DNA of 4,389 nucleotides. Source: a virus. Lineage: Duplodnaviria > Heunggongvirae > Uroviricota > Caudoviricetes. The translations under genes were made by a program, and so were the position numbers. The notes beneath the pieces were generated by a model. That model did not search any database. It was not told where the DNA came from and worked only from the letters and a program-made list of their open reading frames with translations. Numbering within the stretch: position 1 is the first letter of the stretch; every line of letters starts with the position of its first letter. This document shows, one piece after another, positions 1 through 4,389 of this stretch. The stretch is taken from the IMG/VR virus record IMGVR_UViG_2531839666_000025, positions 1 to 4,389 of that record, one strand, 5' to 3'.

Positions 1-673
1 TTATTCCTGTGCCCAGCCAACCCTGTATGCCAGGATCTCATCCGCACTGCTCAGCGATTCCAGGTCCTTCTTCATGGTGCGCTGGCGAATGTGGATTTCC
101 ATCCCTTTAGTGAACATCGCCTGCTCTGCCGCTTCACTCAGCGCAATAAGCTCTTCTGCTGTCACCGGCACATCATTGTTTTCCGCATCCGTCCAGAAAA
201 ACGCCTCCGGCAGTTTCCCCGCTTTCGCTGCCGCCACCGACGGCTCAAGACGCGTCTGCGTTGACTTCCCGTAGTCCCATTTACGCCCATTGTGCTCAAA
301 CGTGTAGTTCGCCGCTTCCATCTCATTACGCCAGGCGTTAATTTCATCGCCCTTCATCCCGCGCGCTTTCTCCGCGGTCAGCAGGTCCGTGATTTTCTCC
401 CCGTCAAAAACCCCAGCGCCCCGAGATGTCAGCTTTGCGGTTTTCTTCCGTATCCGCCACCTCCACCACACTCTGGCCCACTGGCCACAGAACTGACGCC
501 ACCCTGCCGATGCCGGTAATGACTCCGGCACTGTTATAAACCACCTTCAGCGTCTCTGCTGAAAATAACGACTGACACTCATACCAGTCCTGACCATCCT
601 CTGATTTCAGGTACATCGCACCCGGCACATCCGGATTTTCCGGCGTGTATTGTCTGAAATTCTTTATGTGCAT
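1..673 (-). pseudogene. tfa: Tail fibre assembly protein (P2 gpG / Tfa chaperone family), reading frame broken by a 1-nt indel; intact equivalent would be about 223 aa
   Basis: Two overlapping minus-strand ORFs (673..404, 89 aa; 531..1, 176 aa) together resemble one Tfa. The first matches my recollection of the P2 gpG N-terminal region (SEDGQDWYE...KVVYNSAG...SVVEVADTEENRKADISGRWGF). The second matches the conserved C-terminal region of the tfa at 2905..3495 (INAWRNEME...RLEP...FFWTDAENNDV...). ATG at 673 is preceded by GGGAGGA with an 8-nt spacer; stop at 1..3. Confidence 0.75.
406..414 (-). other. Homopolymer tract (plus CCCC/AAAAA, minus TTTTTGGGG) where the tfa-1 frame switches
   Basis: Minus strand reads TGG GGT TTT TGA (W G F stop) in the upstream frame and GTT TTT GAC GGG GAG AAA (V F D G E K) in the downstream frame. 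Removing one T from the T5 run gives a continuous ...GRWGFDGEKITDLL... matching P2 gpG ...GKWMFKDGAVV... as I recall it. Confidence 0.7.
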
Positions 674-714
674 CTGTAAGTCCTCCCGGTTACATATCTG
701 ACAGGTGATGCGCT

Positions 715-2448
715 TTATAACGAAAAATACTCACGCCCCGGCGCTCCTGACGACACATACTCACCAACACCAACGGTGCGCCAGTGAGAGCCATCAAACG
801 TCATCTGCAGCGGCCTGTAGTAAATCGTTGTAACACGGCTGACGCCGCCCTGAGTGTTCCCCGAAAGCCCTGTAATGACTGAACCATCAGCCAGATTAAC
901 TGACCAGCCATGGTCCCCCTCCTGCAACTCATACGTTACCGGATTCCCCAGCCTGAAGCCCATGACACGACTCTTCCCGTCATCTCCTGATGCCCCCGGC
1001 GGCCCCATCGGCCCGGTTTCTCCACGCTCACCTCTGGGACCGGGGTCGCCTTTCTCCCCTTTCGGTCCCTGCGCTCCCCGCGGACCAGCGGGGCCTGTTG
1101 CTCCCGTTTCACCTTTCGGACCCTGTGCTCCGGGGTCGCCTTTCTCTCCTTTCGGACCGGGAACACCACCTCCTGCTGCAGCCTCTTCTGCCTTTGTTTT
1201 CGCTTCATTTGCCACATCCATTGCCGCCTTCACGGCCTTCGGCGTGGCTGCCTTTGTTTCGTCATTACTGCCAGTATCACTGCTTAACTGCACCACACCT
1301 TTCTGCGTCGTGCTGGCATCCCGCTGGCTGACCGTATCCGGTTTGTTTTTTGTGCTGTAATCCACCCGCCAGTGGAAATACTGTGTGTCGCCGTAAACCG
1401 TACAGGTACAGACCGTGCCATTAATAAACCCCGTTGCACCGTATTCGCCAATGGTGACCCGGACTATGGCAGCCTCATACGTCCCCATCACCTCAATGAC
1501 ACAGCCACCCAGATTGAGTTTTCCCGGTCCGACATCCGTGATGACTTTATTCATTGACGCAGGCAGTGATGCCTTCATCATCCAGTAAGGCTGGTCAAAT
1601 GCCCCTTTTTCTTTCAGCCAGGCGACAAACTCGCTCGTGGTCCATTCACCGGCCCCCGTATGAATGTCCCGCCCGTATACTCTGGCTGCTCCCACGGTGT
1701 TCAGAAACTTCACCTTATCCGGGATATCGTCACCGTTTTTCGCTTTCTCCAGGCATCCGTCCGCTTTGTCCATTGCCGCTTTCACCGCTTTCGGGGTGGC
1801 TGCCTTCGTTTCATCATCACTGTCCGTTGCGCTGCTTAACTGCACAATTCCCTTCTGTGCCGTCGTCGCATCCGGTCCTCCCGGCTCGCCTTTTTCGCCC
1901 TTCTCTCCCCGTTCACCTTTCACACCCTGAAGCCCCTGTGGTCCTGTCTCACCACGCTCACCCTTTGGCCCCCGCTCGCCGGTATCGCCTTTTGGCCCGG
2001 GAATACCCTGCGGCCCGGTGTCCCCCTTATCCCCCTTCGGTCCCCGCGCATTCTCTGCCCGTTTTTTTGCCTCCTCCGCACTGGCTGCGGACGCTTCCGC
2101 ACGTTTCAGGATTTCCGCTGCCACCGCTTCCAGCTCTGCAAGGGCTTTCGGGTAATACTGTGCGTCTTCCAGGTCCATCAGAAATTTATTCAGCGTTCCC
2201 GGTGCAGAATCCGCCTTCACCAGAATGTCACCCACATATGACGGCGCGTACCCTTCCGTGTTCAGCGTCACCCGGTACAACCCCGGCTCAACATCCATAC
2301 TGTAACTGCCGGTTTCCCCCGGCTGACCATACGCCACCGTGGTGACAATCACCGTCTCCGTTGTGCGGCGCGCTTTCAGCTCTATCGTGCATCCCGGTAC
2401 CGCTTTTCCCGTACCATCCTTCAGCACACCCGATATTCTGACTGTCAT
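715..2448 (-). CDS. stf: Side tail fibre protein, 577 aa: lambda Stf-like N-terminal domain, two collagen-like Gly-X-Y tracts, two tail-fibre repeat motifs, a central globular domain and a short C-terminal domain
   Basis: N-terminus [28 protein letters not shown] resembles lambda Stf [28 protein letters not shown] (from memory). Uninterrupted Gly-X-Y at aa 136-192 and 428-491. Motif [30 protein letters not shown] occurs twice (aa 196-228, 380-412). ATG at 2448..2446 preceded by GGGGGA; TAA at 717..715. Confidence 0.9.
   Translation of the reverse strand: MTVRISGVLKDGTGKAVPGCTIELKARRTTETVIVTTVAYGQPGETGSYSMDVEPGLYRVTLNTEGYAPSYVGDILVKADSAPGTLNKFLMDLEDAQYYPKALAELEAVAAEILKRAEASAASAEEAKKRAENARGPKGDKGDTGPQGIPGPKGDTGERGPKGERGETGPQGLQGVKGERGEKGEKGEPGGPDATTAQKGIVQLSSATDSDDETKAATPKAVKAAMDKADGCLEKAKNGDDIPDKVKFLNTVGAARVYGRDIHTGAGEWTTSEFVAWLKEKGAFDQPYWMMKASLPASMNKVITDVGPGKLNLGGCVIEVMGTYEAAIVRVTIGEYGATGFINGTVCTCTVYGDTQYFHWRVDYSTKNKPDTVSQRDASTTQKGVVQLSSDTGSNDETKAATPKAVKAAMDVANEAKTKAEEAAAGGGVPGPKGEKGDPGAQGPKGETGATGPAGPRGAQGPKGEKGDPGPRGERGETGPMGPPGASGDDGKSRVMGFRLGNPVTYELQEGDHGWSVNLADGSVITGLSGNTQGGVSRVTTIYYRPLQMTFDGSHWRTVGVGEYVSSGAPGREYFSL
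976..1167 (-). repeat. Collagen-like Gly-X-Y coding tract 2 (about 21 triplets, stf aa 428-491)
   Basis: Translation [64 protein letters not shown] with Gly at every third position. The proline-rich plus-strand ORFs here are its antisense shadow. Confidence 0.9.
1213..1311 (-). repeat. Tail-fibre repeat motif, copy 2 (stf aa 380-412), a diverged direct repeat of 1765..1863
   Basis: [33 protein letters not shown]. At DNA level, ...ccattgccgccttcacggccttcggcgtggctgcctttgtttc... here parallels ...ccattgccgctttcaccgctttcggggtggctgccttcgtttc... in copy 1. Confidence 0.85.
1765..1863 (-). repeat. Tail-fibre repeat motif, copy 1 (stf aa 196-228)
   Basis: [33 protein letters not shown]; same motif as in lambda Stf ([28 protein letters not shown], from memory). 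Confidence 0.85.
1873..2043 (-). repeat. Collagen-like Gly-X-Y coding tract 1 (about 19 triplets, stf aa 136-192)
   Basis: Translation [57 protein letters not shown] with Gly at every third position. Confidence 0.9.
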
Positions 2449-2453
2449 GGATT

Positions 2454-2459
2454 TCCCCC
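2454..2459 (-). promoter_or_regulatory. Probable Shine-Dalgarno sequence of stf
   Basis: Minus strand GGGGGA followed by AATCC then ATG (2448). Confidence 0.5.
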
Positions 2460-2461
2460 AT

Positions 2462-2496
2462 AAAAAAACCGCAGTACCGGTTTCCCGGCCTGCGGT
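2462..2496 (-). terminator. Intrinsic (rho-independent) terminator, probable 3' end of the hok-like transcript
   Basis: Minus strand ACCGCAG-GCCGG-GAAA-CCGGuA-CUGCGGU followed by UUUUUUU: outer 7-bp stem, inner 4-bp CCGG/CCGG stem, GAAA tetraloop, then a T7 run. The T-tract ends 13 nt before the stf ATG. Confidence 0.7.
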
Positions 2497-2559
2497 AAAA
2501 TTTGTGGTTTGTTGGTGTTAAAACGGTGCCATCCGGCTGACCACCCTCAGCAACCGGTC

Positions 2560-2582
2560 GGCGGGGGATATTCTCCCCCGCC
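2560..2582. repeat. Perfect 9-bp GC-rich inverted repeat with a 5-nt loop, in the 3' untranslated region of the hok-like gene
   Basis: Plus strand GGCGGGGGA-TATTC-TCCCCCGCC (2560-2568 pairs with 2574-2582). No adjacent T-run on either strand, so it is more likely a structural or stability element than a terminator. Confidence 0.5.
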
Positions 2583-2590
2583 ACGGTTTC

Positions 2591-2731
2591 TTACTGCTTA
2601 CACTGTAAGAACGCCGCAATCTCCGCGCCCGCTATCCGGAACCGGAACTCGCACAGTGAACTGTGGGTGATCCAGATAATGAGCACTACCGTGATACAAA
2701 TCACGGTGGTTTTTAACGGTTTTTGCGACAT
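2591..2731 (-). CDS. hok: Hok/Gef-family type I toxin, 46 aa (small single-pass membrane peptide)
   Basis: Hand translation of the minus strand gives MSQKPLKTTVICITVVLIIWITHSSLCEFRFRIAGAEIAAFLQCKQ. It has a hydrophobic helix (TVICITVVLIIWIT) followed by the Hok hallmark SLCE..R.....E(I/V)AAF..(C/Y)K; compare R1 Hok ...[28 protein letters not shown], recalled from memory. ATG at 2731..2729 preceded by AAGGAG with a 9-nt spacer; TAA at 2593..2591. Not in the supplied ORF track. Confidence 0.8.
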   Translation of the reverse strand: MSQKPLKTTVICITVVLIIWITHSSLCEFRFRIAGAEIAAFLQCKQ

Positions 2732-2740
2732 AAACGCTTG

Positions 2741-2746
2741 CTCCTT
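2741..2746 (-). promoter_or_regulatory. Shine-Dalgarno sequence of hok (AAGGAG) with an adjacent anti-SD
   Basis: Minus strand CCUCUCC-GUAAAA-GGAG-CAAGCGUUU-AUG. The CUCC immediately upstream can pair with GGAG (plus-strand palindrome ctcc-ttttac-ggag, 2741..2754). Confidence 0.6.
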
Positions 2747-2876
2747 TTACGGAGAGGCGCTAACCTTTCACTTGCTTAGGATGAATGGTCAGGCCTCGGG
2801 TTAAACATGAATGTTTGTCCGGGGCCTTTTCACATCCGGCCTTCAGGTGTTCCCTCCGGCCATCAGCCAAAGGCAC

Positions 2877-2898
2877 CCGTGCATAATGTACGGTTTTT
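2877..2898 (+). terminator. Candidate plus-strand intrinsic terminator, possibly the 3' end of an antisense (Sok-like) RNA; speculative
   Basis: Plus strand CCGUGCA-UAA-UGUACGG (7-bp stem with one G-U pair, 3-nt loop) followed by UUUUUAUU. It lies antisense to the predicted hok leader, immediately beyond the tfa-2 stop. No convincing promoter found upstream. Confidence 0.3.
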
Positions 2899-2904
2899 AT
2901 TCTG

Positions 2905-3495
2905 TTACGTAAATACCGGCTCCTCACTCCCCCAGCCGGGCTGATAGCACAGTACATCACGGTATCGCGTCATCCCCGCAATCTCCTGTTTCATCTGTCG
3001 CTGTCTTTCGTGGATCCTGAAACCGTGCGCCACCATCGCCTGTTTCATGGCAACACCCAGCGCCTTCAGTTCATCAGCGTCTACCGCCACATCATGATTA
3101 TCCGCATCTGTCCAGAAAAAACGTTCCGGTAAATGTTCTGTCACTGCAAGCACGGGCTCCAGACGGCTCAGTGAGCGCTTACCTGCATCCCAGCGTCGCC
3201 CCTGCCATTCAAACACAATTTCTTTATTTTCTTCCTCATTTCTCCAGATGTTAATCCTGTCGCATGCCTTCTCTTTTTCCTTTTCCAGCATATCCTGACT
3301 TTCACGCCACGGTGTCACCGCTCCATACTGACCACCGGCAATGGCGGCAAACAGTTCACGCCATATCACATCGGGATCATGCGGCATCACAACGATATCC
3401 ATCCAGCACTCCCCCGACGGTAACTTCATTTCAGCATGAATGTTTCCGCTTTCGTCATACCTCGCATGACGGATTTCTGTAACGATCTCCGGCAC
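2905..3495 (-). CDS. tfa: Tail fibre assembly protein (Tfa chaperone family), 196 aa, apparently intact
   Basis: C-terminal two-thirds (DRINIWRNEEE...RLEPVLAVTEHLPERFFWTDADNHDVAVDADELKALG...) is paralogous to tfa-1; the N-terminal about 85 aa differs. GTG start at 3495..3493, 9 nt after the upstream stop, preceded by AAGGGGGG; TAA at 2907..2905. Confidence 0.88.
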   Translation of the reverse strand: MPEIVTEIRHARYDESGNIHAEMKLPSGECWMDIVVMPHDPDVIWRELFAAIAGGQYGAVTPWRESQDMLEKEKEKACDRINIWRNEEENKEIVFEWQGRRWDAGKRSLSRLEPVLAVTEHLPERFFWTDADNHDVAVDADELKALGVAMKQAMVAHGFRIHERQRQMKQEIAGMTRYRDVLCYQPGWGSEEPVFT

Positions 3496-3504
3496 AATCC
3501 CCCC

Positions 3505-4389
3505 TTAAAGCACATGAACCTTCTCATTTCCTGCCCGGAATAACGTGCCACCGTTACATAGAACGCTGATCGTCACGCGACAGTTATAATTCAGGGGGTT
3601 ATGAAAGGCGCGCACGTAACGATACCGGACATAAATCCGGTTGCGGTTTCCCCTCCCCTTTGCCGGAAGCGTGAATCTGTAAATCCAGTCATAATTTTCC
3701 CACACCTTATGCTTCAAATTCCCGGGCCCCCATTCTCCTGACGACCAGACAGTGGCAATTCCACCATCTGCACTATCAGTGCCGACACTGACTTCCCACC
3801 AGGCAGAAACAAGACCAGGATTGCCCTCAGCTCTGAAGGCTATCTTCATGTTAACATCAAAAAAACGATCGAAGTTTTCCCCGTCAACATTCAGAAAAGG
3901 GATCCATTCGTTATCTCTCTCCTTTACACCATCCCGTGAGCTGACACCACTGAACACAACTTTATTGATTTCAAACAGGGAGCGGTAATAAACATCGCCA
4001 AGAATATTACCGGCATCCACTGTTCCTTTAACGACGCAGTTTTCTGCAATGGTCACGTTATTCAGCGTGCCCGAGTTCGCACTGATATGTCCGCTGATGT
4101 CCGCATTACGGGCCGTCAGCCTGCCGTCCGGCGTCAGGGAGAACGTCGGGGGATTGCCGGACGAGGTGATGCTCACCGCAAACAACCGCTTCAGGAACAC
4201 ATCGTTCATGAACAGCTGATTCCCCTGCGCCACAAACAGCGGCGTGGTGTTGCCGTTCTCCGGGTTAATCATCGCGATACGGTCCGCCTGCAGCAGTATA
4301 TTGCTCAGGGGCTGGCCATCAGCATCCTCAATCCCCGCACCTATACCGGCAACATACGGAATGCCGTTTTTTGTTTCTGCACCTTCAGC
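3505..4389 (-). CDS. J: Host specificity / central tail fibre protein (lambda gpJ-like), C-terminal 294 codons; N-terminus lies beyond the window
   Basis: The frame is open from the window edge ([17 protein letters not shown]...) through the track ORF to TAA at 3507..3505. The segment [22 protein letters not shown]...[38 protein letters not shown] matches my recollection of lambda J ([18 protein letters not shown]...[41 protein letters not shown]). The last about 190 aa do not resemble the lambda J C-terminus. Confidence 0.8.
   Translation of the reverse strand, partial: AEGAETKNGIPYVAGIGAGIEDADGQPLSNILLQADRIAMINPENGNTTPLFVAQGNQLFMNDVFLKRLFAVSITSSGNPPTFSLTPDGRLTARNADISGHISANSGTLNNVTIAENCVVKGTVDAGNILGDVYYRSLFEINKVVFSGVSSRDGVKERDNEWIPFLNVDGENFDRFFDVNMKIAFRAEGNPGLVSAWWEVSVGTDSADGGIATVWSSGEWGPGNLKHKVWENYDWIYRFTLPAKGRGNRNRIYVRYRYVRAFHNPLNYNCRVTISVLCNGGTLFRAGNEKVHVL

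Noticed and set aside
74-519. ORFs 74..274 (+), 162..347 (-) and 292..519 (+) inside tfa-1
   Set aside because: Embedded in or antisense to the Tfa coding sequence, with low-complexity composition and no ribosome-binding sites.
936-2102. Minus-strand alternative-frame ORFs 936..1217 and 1920..2102, arginine/lysine-rich
   Set aside because: Out-of-frame readings of the collagen-like tracts inside stf, with no independent start context.
854-2345. Plus-strand ORFs 854..1360, 990..1331, 1554..2345 and 1664..1930, with proline/serine/alanine-rich translations
   Set aside because: They are antisense to stf. Their openness and proline richness come from the reverse complement of the GGN-rich Gly-X-Y codon tracts, not from independent genes.
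2288-2584. ORFs 2288..2584 (-) and 2339..2521 (+) spanning the stf start
   Set aside because: Both cross the stf start codon and the terminator hairpin; the stf N-terminus in the other frame is clearly the real gene.
2688-2725. Plus-strand hairpin (accgtga-tacaaa-tcacggt) followed by two T5 runs, resembling a terminator
   Set aside because: It lies inside the hok coding sequence, where the T-runs are Lys/Pro/Gln codons on the coding strand, and I found no plus-strand promoter upstream. An antisense RNA ending here cannot be fully excluded.
2760-2960. Minus-strand 66-aa ORF overlapping the tfa-2 3' end and the hok leader
   Set aside because: It begins inside tfa-2 in another frame and is arginine-rich with no ribosome-binding site. 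Its frame is the mok-like frame discussed in the findings, but it ends at the TAG before hok, so it is not a credible gene itself.
3264-3988. Plus-strand ORFs 3264..3482 and 3752..3988
   Set aside because: Antisense to tfa-2 and to the J C-terminal region, with no start context or recognisable protein features.
1-4389. Invertible tail-fibre segment (Mu G or e14 P-region type)
   Set aside because: Both fibre-chaperone modules are in the same orientation, and no invertase gene or recognisable crossover-site inverted repeats are present in the window.
1-4389. tRNA genes, CRISPR arrays, insertion-sequence transposase genes
   Set aside because: No T-loop (GGTTCGA-type) motifs or cloverleaf candidates in the non-coding stretch, no regularly spaced direct repeats, and no transposase-like ORFs.

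Overview
All supported genes lie on the minus strand and form the distal end of a lambdoid-type phage tail (host-recognition) module, probably in an enterobacterial prophage. Read in the direction of transcription (high to low coordinates): the C-terminal part of a J-like central tail fibre protein (4389..3505, runs off the window), a tail fibre assembly chaperone (tfa-2, 3495..2905), a ~450 bp 'intergenic' gap, a complete 577-aa side tail fibre with collagen-like Gly-X-Y tracts (stf, 2448..715), and a second tail fibre assembly gene (tfa-1, 673..1) broken by a 1-nt frameshift in a homopolymer. The main hunt result is that the gap is not empty: it holds a 46-aa Hok/Gef-family type I toxin ORF (2731..2591) that is absent from the supplied ORF track, with a near-consensus ribosome-binding site and a strong intrinsic terminator abutting the stf ribosome-binding site. 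No antisense (Sok-like) gene could be placed with confidence. All protein-family assignments rest on by-eye comparison with sequences recalled from memory (lambda J and Stf, P2 gpG, Hok); no database search was run.
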